Shown here: piece after piece, positions 50,801 through 62,189 of the stretch
Position numbering within the stretch: the first letter of the stretch is position 1
How the letters are laid out: every line of letters begins with the position of its first letter
Origin: Chiloscyllium plagiosum
Lineage: Eukaryota
DNA length: 64,000 nt
NCBI RefSeq assembly: GCF_004010195.1
Contig: NC_057715.1
Span: 15,350,315 to 15,414,314 of the forward strand
Direction of reading: 5' to 3'
Notes under the pieces: generated by a model
The model's input: the letters and a program-made list of their open reading frames with translations, nothing else
Database searches by the model: none
What the model was told of the DNA's origin: nothing
Made by a program: the position numbers and the translations under genes

Positions 50801-51459
50801 AACCAAACGTATGGCAGCTAAATTTCAAAGGTAAGTTGTCAAGAAGAGAATCTGCAGAGGGATAATTACAAGTTAAGTGAGTGTTAACTTTGAATAACGA
50901 TAGAAGGAGTTGAATTTCTTTTTCATTGTCAAAGATTAGCATCTCATTCCTTTTGTTAAAAGCTGCTGCCTTGCTCAAGTCAACAAAGGAGGTCTCAAAA
51001 CTATATTGGCATCTATAAACCAAGCCCAGCCTGAGACAGTGAGTTGTCTGACAGTCTGTGGCCTTTAAGAATATCTGTAATCTTCCCTTGAGTGATAGTT
51101 TGGTAGCTGGTGTCTCCACTGAAGAGGTTTATGCTGTGCTCCATCTGCTTAGTTTAATAGTCACTTGCAGTTTCCACAGATCTATTGCTGCCCAGCACAG
51201 AAGGCTGAATCTACACCAAAATTAAAGCATAAGGCGAGTTTTTCTATTTTAAACTCTATTCATAGACAGCAAGTGAGTAGCATTTTTGATTTGACTATTT
51301 CAAGGACACCAGCAAAGTCACCACTTTATGTTGTAAACTTTTCATTTACCTGTTTTATCAAAAAAGAACATGTATTGGTTCAGAACCCAAAACTCACAGA
51401 GTAACATGTAAACTTTGGGGTTCCTTTAAGGAGATAGGGCCATTGCACTGCTTCAAGTG

Positions 51460-51700
51460 AGAGTGGGAGAGTTCTCCCAGTATCTTTGTCCAATAATCCT
51501 CCCTTAACTAATGTCTGAAAATCAGATTATCAGATCATTATCACATTGTTGTTTCTGGGAGCATGCTGTGTGTAAATTGCCATGTTTCCCATGTTACAAA
51601 AGTGACTTGACTCTAAAATAATGAATTGATTATAAAGCACCTTGTGGTGTTCAGAAGTGTGAAAGGTGGCAGGAGAAGTGCAAGTTATTTCTTCTTTTCT
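51460..51700 (+). mobile_element. DeuSINE 3' half
   Basis: CAGATTATCAGATCATTATCACATTGTTGTTTCTGGGAGCATGCTGTGTGTAAATTG. Confidence 0.75.
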
Positions 51701-52369
51701 ACTTCTTCTACTTTCAGAGAAAGGATTCATTTTGCCATAGACAGTTGTTAGGGAAGTAATCAGTGAATTTAAGAAGCTACAACTGTCAGTCTAAAGTAAC
51801 ATGCTCAAATCTGATACCTCACAGCAGCTATTACAATCAACAGAGTGACTGCACTATAAGAAGCATACAATGACCAGACAACAACAAGAAATTTTGTGTA
51901 AAACATACAGCAAAACTACCAGCATGACATTGGCGGCCTTCATTTCTCTGCCCTCTGCATCCACTCTAAGCTGTTTCCTTCTGAATTTGCTGTACTCCGT
52001 TCTCTCAAGTCCAAGCCTGACCTTGTTATCAAACCTGCCGATGAGGAGAGTGTGGCTGTCACCTGGCAAGCTGACCTCTACCTGACAGGGGCTGAGTGCC
52101 AACCCTAAGACACTTCCTCCTCTCTCCTCCGGATTGTGACTCTCCCATTGAACATCAGGCTGTAGTTTCCAGGATTGACACCTTCCTCCATTTAACGAAC
52201 ATTCCTTCCCCATTCCTCCTCACAGCCCTGTCTAGTTTATGTTTTGTTTACTTAGTCCCCAATGGAGACGACCAACTCTCTCCCTTTTGCACCATTTTGC
52301 ATTTGTTTATTTACTTTCTCCATCATTAACTGGGCTTTTGCCTCTGTCAACAGTTTTAAAAAATGACAT

Positions 52370-52512
52370 TTTCAATTCTGAAGAATTGTCATATCAGACT
52401 CAAAACACTAACTCTGTTTCTCTCTCCAATGACACTGCTAGACCTGCTGAGTTGCTCCAGCATTTTCTCTGTTTGTTTCAGATTTCCAGCAACCGTAATA
52501 TTTTGCCTTTAT
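52370..52512 (+). mobile_element. Family-C hammerhead-bearing repeat (mutated core)
   Basis: CTGAAGAATTGTCATATCAGACTCAAAACACTAACTCTGTTTCTCTCTCC...GACCTGCTGAGTTGCTCCAGC. Confidence 0.75.
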
Positions 52513-53069
52513 TCAAATTAGCAAAGCATCTCTGTTAGGGTGGGAAACACTGGTGGCACTCTGCAGCCCAGAGTTGTAAAGGAGAAACAGACATTTGTTT
52601 GGCATTAAACATTAATCTGTCCAATTATTTAAATTCCACATAAACAAATTGTTTAATTAATACAAAGTTAATGCTATATTGAGATTAATAGGAGCAAAAA
52701 AATCACATCTGGCATTGTTTTTTCTGGAATACTTTGCCAAGGTGCGAACAGATTTTAAAATGATTTAGTTTATCTCCTCCACACTTAAAAAAATGAGTTG
52801 ATGGAAAGTAATTTTTAGTAGCAGCAATTTCTTGAAGGCTGCAGACTTGGATCCAACTGTGAATTATGAGTGTTGCAGTTGAAAAGCAAAGCAGATAGGA
52901 TTTTCATTTTTGTCACTTCTTCCCTTGTTAAAACTGATTTAACACATAGAAAAATGCAATTATGCAAAACTTGCTATATTAAGCAAATCTTTACATAAAA
53001 AAATAAGATCCTCCAGAACTTTATATGAGGTGTAAAAGTTCAGTTTAGAAGTGCATCACTATTCGGGTG

Positions 53070-53725
53070 TCTGGGTGGTTAACACTGCTGTCTCACAGTG
53101 CCAGGGATCCACCTTTGATTCCACCATCGGGCGACTGTGTGGAGTTTGCACGTTGCCCCAGTGTCTGCGTGGATTGCCTCCAGATGCTCTGGTTTCCTCT
53201 CACAGTCCAAAAATGTACAGGTTAGGTGGATTGGCTATGCTAAATTGACCATAGTGTCCAGGGATGTGCAGGCTAGGTGGATAAGCATGGGAAAGGCAGG
53301 GATAGGATAGGAGAGCTGAGCCTGGGAGGGATGTTCTTCAGAGCGTTGGTGTGGACTCCATGGGCTGAATAGCCTGCTTTCAGCTGTAGGGATTCTATGA
53401 TCTAGTTTAATATCTGGGGGTGAGGTGGGTGGGGGAGCATGGTGGCTCGGGACCGGGGTTTGATTCCAGCTATGGGCGACTGTGTGGAATTTACACATTC
53501 TCCCTTTGTCTGCATGGGTTTCCTTCCGAAGTCTAAAGATGTATAGATTAGGTGAATTGCCCGTGCTAAATTACCCCATAGTGTTCAGGGATGTGTAGGT
53601 TAGGTGCATTAGTTAGGGGGAAGACTAGGATGATAGGGAAGGGGAATAGGTCTGAGTGGGTTACTCTTTGGAGGGTTGAAGTGGACTTGTTGGACCAAAG
53701 GGCTTGTTTTCACATGATAGGGATT
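53070..53725 (+). mobile_element. Two tandem HE1 SINEs (53070-53400; 53435-53725)
   Basis: Two heads, two V-domains and two tails in the same orientation. Confidence 0.85.
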
Positions 53726-54044
53726 TAAAAAAAAACATATTATATATTATCCGAATTTCTTATTGAGCATGCATCATAACAGTGATAACTCTTTAAGAGT
53801 ATTTCCTTAACTGTAAGGCGCATCCTAAAAATGTATAAAAGTGCTCTTTCTTTCCAATTCTTATAATACTTAAAGTTTCAATTCCTCCAAGTGACCTTGT
53901 CTGTGAAATTATACAAGGGGATACTACTTTACATTCATTTCACCTTTATTAGAAATTTCCTGTTCTGTTTTTTTCAAGGTAGAATTAACCAAGAGTTATT
54001 TAAAACGGCTTGTCCCACCAAACCAGCAGAGAGAAGGAAGTAAG

Positions 54045-54148
54045 ATGAGTAAAATACTGTAGATGTTGGAGATCAGAAATAAAAACAGCAGATGCTGAGG
54101 GAAGTCCGCAGGTCTGGCAGCACCAGTGGAAAGAGAAATAAAGTTAAC
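54045..54148 (-). mobile_element. Family-C repeat, split; the remainder is at 55407-55440
   Basis: ...GCAGGTCTGGCAGCACCAGTGGAAAGAGAAATAAAGTTAAC continues as ATTTCAAGTCCAATATGACTCTTCATTGGAA. Confidence 0.75.
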
Positions 54149-55406
54149 AGGTTGAATTTTACCAAAGGTCATCTGTGATAATTTCAAGGAGATTTTCAGA
54201 GGGTTTCTCTGTGAGCTCTCATGAGTTATCTCATACAGTTCTCACCTCACCAAGTATACACAATGTTTCCATGGTGGCTTCGCGCTGTCTCACATTCAAC
54301 AGCGGAAAATGTGCAGCAGTGTCAGCACCTTCTGGCATTTAAGCCATGGGTGCCATCTTTAAACTCCCGCTTGGCACTATGCCAAAAGTTGCCAGGCAGT
54401 TCTAAAGTAGCCATCCATATAGGGTGGTATCCACACTGCAGAGGAATGCGCAGCAATGCCACAAGTCGGTTAATGCGGTCCACAAAGGTTAGTGCCACCA
54501 TCTTTGTTCTACTTCCTCACATTAACTCTGATTCTGGCCATTGCTCCCACATTCCTCTAAGACTCATGTCTACCACTCTCAATATTGCATGTAGCATCTT
54601 TCCTGTCACCACCTTATCTCCCAACATCTAGCTCTTCCTGCCCTCTGCGTTTCCAACTCACTTGGGACATCTTACCACCTTTCCTGAAAGACAAAGACCA
54701 GATCCTTCACTGACCGTAGTCCCCCTTGAATGTTCACTACTGCCTGACTATTGCAAAAGCAAGGAAGAAAAGACAAAGATGTTGCAAGCATCTAAGTGGA
54801 CGCAAAAACAAGTCTTAGCAAGGAAATCAAGCACGGAGTTCCAAAATTAACCCTGTTTTGAAGTATGAGATAGGTGCCTGTTCTGTATGCAAAGTGGCCA
54901 GTCAACAGCACTGCAATGTAAGCTGTTGGTGAGCATGCATCATAACAGTGATAACTCTTTAAGAGTATTTCCTTAACTGTAGTATTGAAGTGCTGGCCAG
55001 TACTAATAGTGAGTCCCAAATGTGGCCTAGTGGTGTGCTGAAGTCAGTGCTTTACTGAAGCCAATCTCTGCATAGAACGTGCTCATGGAGTGTGCCCTGA
55101 TGTGTTAGGAAATGTTCACCAAAATGGATACCTGGAAAAGTGTCTGATATTTTTGAAAATTTCTTGACAGATATTTTCACTGTTCAGTTTCTCTCCACTG
55201 TCTGGGAAAATAGCAACCTGCATAGAAATAAGGTGAGATGTTAATGCATGCAAATAGGTCTCTCATTGCTCACTAGTAAAATTTTCATTTTGCTGTTAAA
55301 ACTTTGGATTTGTTTTTTCTTAATGTGAAAATTTTTCTGTTCTTGTCATACTTTACCAACTGACTCACCATTGCTCATGTCATTTGGGTTGGGGAAGATT
55401 CTGCCC
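54149..55406 (+). mobile_element. Non-autonomous Harbinger-type DNA transposon with a Myb/SANT remnant
   Basis: Degenerate TIRs AGGTTGAATTTTAC / GGAAGATTCTGCCC; 3-bp TSD AAC (54146-54148, 55407-55409); VVSTLQRNAQQCHKSVN at 54424-54474 followed by AAG|GTTAGT. Confidence 0.7.
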
Positions 55407-55459
55407 AACATTTCAAGTCCAATATGACTCTTCATTGGAACCCCAGGTTTATGCTCTGT

Positions 55460-57240
55460 ACATAGGAACACAGGACTTAGGAAAAGATGTGGACCATTCA
55501 GCCCTTCAAGCATGCTCCACCATTCAATAAAATCACGGCTGATCTGATTGTGATCTGAATGCAACTTTCCTGCCTGCCCTCATAACCCTTGACCCCTCTG
55601 TCTATCAAAAATCTAGTGCTGCCTTAAATGAATACAATGCCCCAACCTCTACATTCTCCAGGAAAGAGAATTCCATAGACTAACAATCCTCTAAGAAGGA
55701 AAAATTTCTCCTCATCTCCACCTTAAAAGGGAGACCTCTTATTCTTGTCTGCGATTCCACAAGAGGAAACATCCTTCTGATATCTCTGCTATCAAGTCCC
55801 TCAGGATCTTACATGTTTCAATAAGAATACCTCTCCTTTTTCCAAACTCTAAGGGGTAAAAGCCTAACCTGTTAAGCCTTTCTTCATGAAATAAACCTTA
55901 CACCCCAGGAATGAATCTTCTCTGAATGACTTCTATACCAATTGAATCCCGTTTTTAAAATAAGAAGGGAGGCGATGGCCTAGTGGTATTATCAGAGGAT
56001 TGTTAATCCAGAGACCACGGTAATGTTCTGGGGACCTGGATTCAATAAAAATCAGGAATCAATCGTGAAACCATTGTCAATTCTCAGGAAAACCCCATCT
56101 GGTTCACTCATGTCCTTCAGGGAAAGAAACTGCCATCCTTACCTGGTCTAGTCTACATGTGACTCCGGAACGCTCTGGTCAATCAAGGATGGAGAATCAA
56201 TGCTGGTTTGGCCAGTGAGGCCCTCATCCCATGAACAAATCTTTTATAAAATAAACCGTACTTCAAATATGGTCTTGCCAAGATCCTGTGTAGCCAAAGG
56301 GAACAAGTTCTGATTTTCTAACATTATTTATCATCGACAAACTCTTTACCATCCCTTGACAAAGTGGAGAGGCAGATTGCAAAAGGGATACAAAAAGTTT
56401 CTAAAGGGATATTGATAGATGAGGTAGGTAAACAAATAGTTGGCAAATTAAGTATAACATGGGAAAATATGATGTTGTTCATTTTGGAAGGGAGAACAAA
56501 AGGATAGAGTATTACTTAACTGGAGACAAACTGCAGAAAGCTGTAACACAAAGGGACTTGGGGTATTTGTGAACGAAATACAGAAAGCTAGCATACAGGT
56601 AATCAGGAAGGCAGTTCAGAGAAGGTCCACTAGGATGATCCCCGATTAAAAGATTGTCTTCTGAGCAAAGATTGAAATGTTGAAAAATATAGATTTGACC
56701 GGGAAAATGCTGAGAGGATATTTCCCCTCATTGAAGAATGTCTCAGAATTAAGATTGAGATGAAGAGGAATTTCTTCTCTTGGAGAGTTGTGAGTCTTTG
56801 GAACTCCTTACCACAGAGAGCTGTGGGGGCAGAGTCCTTCTGTATATTTAAGGCTCAGATGGATAGATGGATTCTTGACCAGTAGGGGAGTCATGGGTTA
56901 TGGGGAAAGAACAGCAAAGGGGACCAGAGGGGTGTCAGATCAGCCATGACCCTATTGAATGGCAGAGCAGGATTAGCACCTGAACAGCCTGCTCTTGATC
57001 CCATTTGTTATGATCTTATGCACAACTTACCTTTGTACCAAATTTAGCCATCATACATACGGTCCCCTCATCCAAATCATAGTTGTATATCGTAAATAGA
57101 TACGGTGCCAAATAATGTCTGTTAGACTCCACTAGTTGCAGTTTACCAGCTAAGAAAAAAAATTATCCCTAGTCTCTGCTAACCAATCCTTTATCTGTGT
57201 TAATGTGTTATTCCAGACACAATGTGCTCTTCTTGTCTTA
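55460..57240. mobile_element. Nested CR1 fragments (- 55460-56300, + 56340-57020, - 57030-57240)
   Basis: CR1 RT C-terminal and 3'UTR motifs on alternating strands. Confidence 0.75.
55968..56245 (+). mobile_element. tRNA-derived SINE with the second-LINE tail, inserted in CR1
   Basis: GGAGGCGATGGCCTAGTGGTATT...GGGGACCTGGATTC...CTACATGTGACTCC...CATCCCATGAACAAAT. Confidence 0.8.
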
Positions 57241-58289
57241 TGTTGTAACCTTTGATAAGATGCCTTTTAGACAAAGATATCATATAAATGCAAGATGCTA
57301 TTGTAATGTCAGAGATCTGTGCATTTTCTGTACGTTTTTCACTGTTCAATGTATTTTCAAATGTTGTCTTTACAGGCTATAATCAAAGGCATTAATGAAT
57401 TTCATAAATTAGATCAACCAGATGGTTGTAATGATTAGTAATTTTAGCTTTGGATAGGTAGGGCTATTTTTGACAGCAGTCCCTGCACTTTTGATTTTAG
57501 ATGATTGCTACAATACCTAGCTGAGCCATTTTATTCCCAGTCTGTCTGAGAGCCAGTGGTGGAAGTCACATTCCTTAACTGGCTAAGTTCTTGCTAAATG
57601 CAAACTGATTCCATTTATTCTCAGATTCTTGTATCACATATTTTGTGTAAAAGGTCATCAATCAGTGTCAATCCTGTTCCATGAAAAAAAATACATACAA
57701 CTTCTGGGCCTATTGCTATCTCCCTGACGCAATGTTAATTACATGAGAAATGTCAGAATGTGAGCCTAGCCAGTCAGACTGAAATTGCCACTTGAGCCAT
57801 GTATTCACCGCGTATAGTGCCTTTGCATGATAGTATTTTAAAGAGTTGGATGATTTTTTTCATGCTTTCAACTGAATGGTGGGGCAGAATAGTAATTGTT
57901 TACCAGAGAAGGGCCAAGGACAAGGGGTTTCAATTCTGAGGAGAGAGTGGATTGTTCTCTTCAAAGCAGAGCAGGTTAAGGAAAAGTTAAATAGAGGTAT
58001 CTTCGAAGCTATGAGAAGTCCTGTTAGAGCAAATAACAAAAAACCCTCTTTCCATTGAAGGAGGGTTAGTAACCAAAGGACATAGGTTTAGCAAAAAGCA
58101 TAAAAATAGATTATAAAGGCTTCTATATGTATGTAAAGGGAAAACATTTGGCCAAGATGACTGGGGTCCATTACAAGAGAGCAGAAATTATAACATAGGA
58201 TGCAAAAATAGAGAAGCTAAGAAATTAAGAATTGTATATGAGTCTGAGTGACATGGACTATGGCAAGAATTATGGTAGAACCAGACAAT

Positions 58290-58625
58290 GGGTAACACAG
58301 TGGCCCAGTAGTTAGTATTGCCGTCTCACAGCACCAGGGAAATGGATTGATTCCAGCCTCAGGTGACTGTCTGTGTGGAATTTGCATGTTCTCTCTTTGT
58401 CTGTGTGGGTTTCCACCCCCAGTCCAAAGGTGTGCTGTTTCGGTGGTTTAGCCATGCCAAATTGCCCATAGTGTCCAGGGATGTGCAGGCTAGGTGGATT
58501 AGCCGTGGGACGTGTTGGGTTATCAGGAAAAGGTAGGGTGGTGAGTCTGGATAAGATGCTCTTTTTTACAGTCAGTGTGGACTCAATGGGCTGAATGGCC
58601 TGCTTATATACTGTAGGGATTCTAT
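58290..58625 (+). mobile_element. HE1 SINE, diverged
   Basis: Head, V-domain and CTGTAGGGATTCTAT tail. Confidence 0.85.
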
Positions 58626-58823
58626 AATTTTACAAAGAAGGTGACAAGACTTACCTCCACATTCAGAACATCTCGTTGCATCTTGTATTCTTTTGCTGAG
58701 CGGTGAGGCGAGTTTGTCAGGAAGCAGCAGTGAGTTACTAATTAAGGAGAAGTATTGCTTGTGAAATGAGTTATTAATGGCCTAACTCACCTCATTACTG
58801 TTCAACCTCCCATTCTGACAATT

Positions 58824-59457
58824 GTGAGGGTTGAAAAGTATGGTGCTGGAAAAGCACAGCAGGTCAGGCAACATCTGAGGAGCAGGAGAGTTGACATTTC
58901 GGGCATAAGCCCTTCATCAGTAATGTGGAGGAGGCTGAGAGATAAAAGAGGGGATGGAGTGGGGTGGGGGGATGCTGAGGAGGACATAGGTGTGATGGTT
59001 TTAGGTGGATGCAGGTGAGGGATGTTTGTAATAGGTTGGTGGGGAGGGTGGGAGGGTGGAGCAGATAGGTGCGAAGGGAGATGGAATGGTGGGACAGGTC
59101 AAGAGGACAGTGCTGAGTTGGAGGGTTGGAACTGGGGTGAAGTGGGGGTAAGGAGAGATTTGGAAACTAGTGAAGTCAATGCTGATGCCACGTAGTTATA
59201 GTGTCCCGAGGTGGAAGATGTGGTGTTTTTCCTCCAGTTGTTGGATGGCTTTGATTCAAATGTGGAGGAGGCCCAGGACTTGCATGTCCTTGGGGGAATG
59301 GGAGGGGGAGTTAAAGTGGTTGGCTATAGGACGGTGGAGTTGTTTGGTGCATATGTCCCAGAGATGTTCCCTGAACCACTCCACAAGTTGGAGTTCTGTC
59401 TCCCCGATGTGTTTCACCCGTTCTGTCTCCTCTACGTCAGGGAGACAGAACGCCAAC
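58824..59457 (-). mobile_element. Penelope 3' fragment with GIY-YIG C-terminal part, terminal repeat and hammerhead (58893-58920)
   Basis: HIGETELQLVEWFREHL...PIANHFNSPSHSPKDMQVLGL; CUGAUGA-A-GGGC-UUAU-GCCC-GAAA-UG-UC. Confidence 0.9.
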
Positions 59458-59982
59458 TCCCAGAGGGTTGGATATAGTAATGCATGGATAAGAATGATGT
59501 CATGAAAGAGAAGGGATTTAGCAATGGTCAGGAGCACCCTGGCTTCAAGGATATGGAGCAGTGTATGACTACACCTGGCCTGGTCCACTTCACACACCAG
59601 GGTTTGGCGAGGTAAATGTGCACTGGTGTGTAGATGAGAAGGCTGGGGAAGTGCAAAGCCAATGGGGTTCACACGAATGGAATTTGGATGTTTGGGCTTT
59701 CAACAATGTGCAAAGATGGAGGCTGGAAGCCATTGTCTGAAGAGTGTTCACTGTCTCTTTCACTGTGCTGGAAACCGAAAGGACACAATGCAAAAGGAAA
59801 TGACTGTGATCTCATTCAGAGTGGGCAGAATAATTGTCTTGACCTGTGAGGGGACGGAGGAACTGCAGGGCCCACTGTTGTGAGGCACTTTAGAGAGCAA
59901 GAACATTACACACAGACCTTTGGACTGTATAGGACACAGACCTGTGAGTCCCTAATCCCTGGCCATACTAATGCGTTGCCTC

Positions 59983-60122
59983 TGCTTGTATTCTTGATGA
60001 AGGGCTTTTGCCCGAAATGTCGATTTTCCTGCTCCTTGGATGCTGCCTGAACTGCTGTGCTTTTCCAGCACCACTCTAATCCAGAATCTGGTTTCCAGCA
60101 TCTGCAGTCATTGTTTTTACCT
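59983..60122 (+). mobile_element. Solo PLE terminal repeat (family A); hammerhead has C3->U
   Basis: TTGATGA-A-GGGC-TTTT-GCCC-GAAA-TG-TC; flanks CTAATGCGTTGCCTC / CTAATACATTGCCTC (13/15 match, probable TSD). Confidence 0.85.
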
Positions 60123-60299
60123 CTAATACATTGCCTCCTGTAAGCTGCACACCTCCCTGCTCCAGAAAGCACTGGTAACCTCATTTACACTGACGCATTT
60201 AGACATAGAGGCCAGGGAAAGAATAAAGATGTTGTAAGACAAGGAGAAATAGCATCATCAGGATCTATTACCTTGCTTCCACATGGTGCAGCAGGCTCT

Positions 60300-61913
60300 C
60301 AACATAGACATCAATCCATGGTGCATCCTGTATGGTTATGAAGGTAGGCATCAGACTGACACAGTTACATTTGGGGCAGTGCAGTTACTCAAACAACCAG
60401 ATGGAAGGCCAAAGTATGGCCACTTATAAAATGTGACAACTAATGTACAGTGCATTGTCACTCATGCCACTAAAGTGCCCTCAGCAAGTTTTCTTCTTTT
60501 TCTCCCTCCCTCTGTGTCTCAGTGCAACCCCTGATTCCACAGCAGGGGTGGGAAGAGCCTGCTCAGCAGGACAGCCCATTGGCCTTGGAGATTTGAACAG
60601 ATGACTTTTGTATTTGGAGAGGCCAGACATGCTGAGGCAAGTGGACCCTTCTCAGTTTGAACTTCTTCGGGTCAGAGAGTTGGAGGTGGAGAACACTCCA
60701 TTGTCCTGAGCAGAGACTTCTGAGGGGCCTGTGTGATGATCTGATGTTCCTACCAAGGTGTTAGTGTGAGTGCTGGAAACAGCCTTTGCCGATACCTCCT
60801 GCGAAGCCTCAATACTCACATCCTCAGAGGCTGAGGAGGTAGTTTCTGAGGGAGCTAGCTATTTCTCGACAGAGATGGTGGGTATGCTGGTGGTTCTTGC
60901 AAGGCCAAACAGAGGGAAAGTGTCACAGTCAATGGTTAGAGTGGTGTGCAATGAATGGCACTGACAGTAGGTTAATGGGAGAGTTGCGGAAGAATGAAGA
61001 GTGGTACTTACTTGGACATGGATGTCTTGGAATCCAAGCAGCATTGGTCCCAGTCTTCTCCTGTGAGGGTTGGGGTTCTCTTCTGGTAGGACTGAGGAGT
61101 CGAATGTCAGGGGCCTCTTCACCCACCCAGGCCCTTTTTTGCCCTGCTGTGTGCTGTTTCCCCCTGTAATAAGAGAAAGGGAGAGTTTGAGTGAGGTGAA
61201 AGTGGCATTTGTGCTGGTACAGGAACATGGTTGAGGGAAGATGTTGCAGGCAGTAGTGATAATGGAGGAACATGAACCTTGGTGGGACGTGGGCTAGGTA
61301 GAAGTGTTGAATGAGTGTGAGGTGGCAGAGGGAAGAGTTTGGTGCAGCAGAGAAGATCATTAACATTCTTACAGTAGCTGCTGGCTATTCCTTGACACCA
61401 GCGGGATGGTACTGGCCCTGGTGGTGACCTCAGATCAGGTTGTCAGGATCTGATGACATAGCCTCCTCTGGGAACAGGACTGCTTGGCACGGTGGTTCAG
61501 TGGTTAGCAGTGCAGCCTCACAACACCAAGGATTTGGGTTTGATTCCAGCCTCGGGCGACTGTCTGTGTGGAGTTTGCACATTCTCCACATATCTGCGTG
61601 GGTTTCCTCCGGGTGCTCCAGTTTCCCCCCACAATCCAAAGATGTTCAGGTTAGGTAAATTGGCCATGCTAAATTGTTCATAATGTTCAGGGATGTGTAG
61701 GCTAGGTACATTAGTCAGAGGAAATGTAGAGTAATAGGGTAGGAGAATGGGTCTGGGTGGGTTACTGTTCGTAGGGTTGGTATGGACTTGTTAGGCTGAA
61801 TGGCCTGTTTCCACAGTGTAGGTATTCCATTCTATACTTTAGACCCCTACCTTGACCAAGACCTCCATGTCCAGCATGGAGAATCACAGTGCCATCTTTC
61901 CTTTCTCTGACAT
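60300..61913 (-). pseudogene. Degraded intron-containing Myb/SANT-like gene of a Harbinger-type transposon, split by HE1
   Basis: MSEKGKMAL*FSMLDMEVLVK [SINE] AVLFPEE...CKNVNDLLCCTK; acceptor CTTTCTCTTATTACAG at 61164, then APDIRLLSP; TIR-like AATTCAGCCC at ~62178-62187. Confidence 0.65.
61485..61835 (+). mobile_element. HE1 SINE, full length
   Basis: Complete head, V-domain and tail. Confidence 0.92.
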
Positions 61914-62189
61914 CTTCCAACTCCATCCCTCACCAAAGAAGGCATTTTCGGAATGCTAACGCTCATCAATGTTTCAAGAAAGCACTGGTACCAGATATCC
62001 CATGAGTGGTGAGTTGTTTAGGGAACCCACACTTGGAAAGGTGGGACTAGGATTGGATGTGGGGGTTGCCGTCGGGGTAGTGTAAATAGTTAATGAGGAA
62101 GGTTTGGTAATATACAGTAGAAATCTTGCTGGGCCTTATGGATTTTGACGCAACTTGTGATGAGTGACAGAAAATCTAATTCAGCCCCT

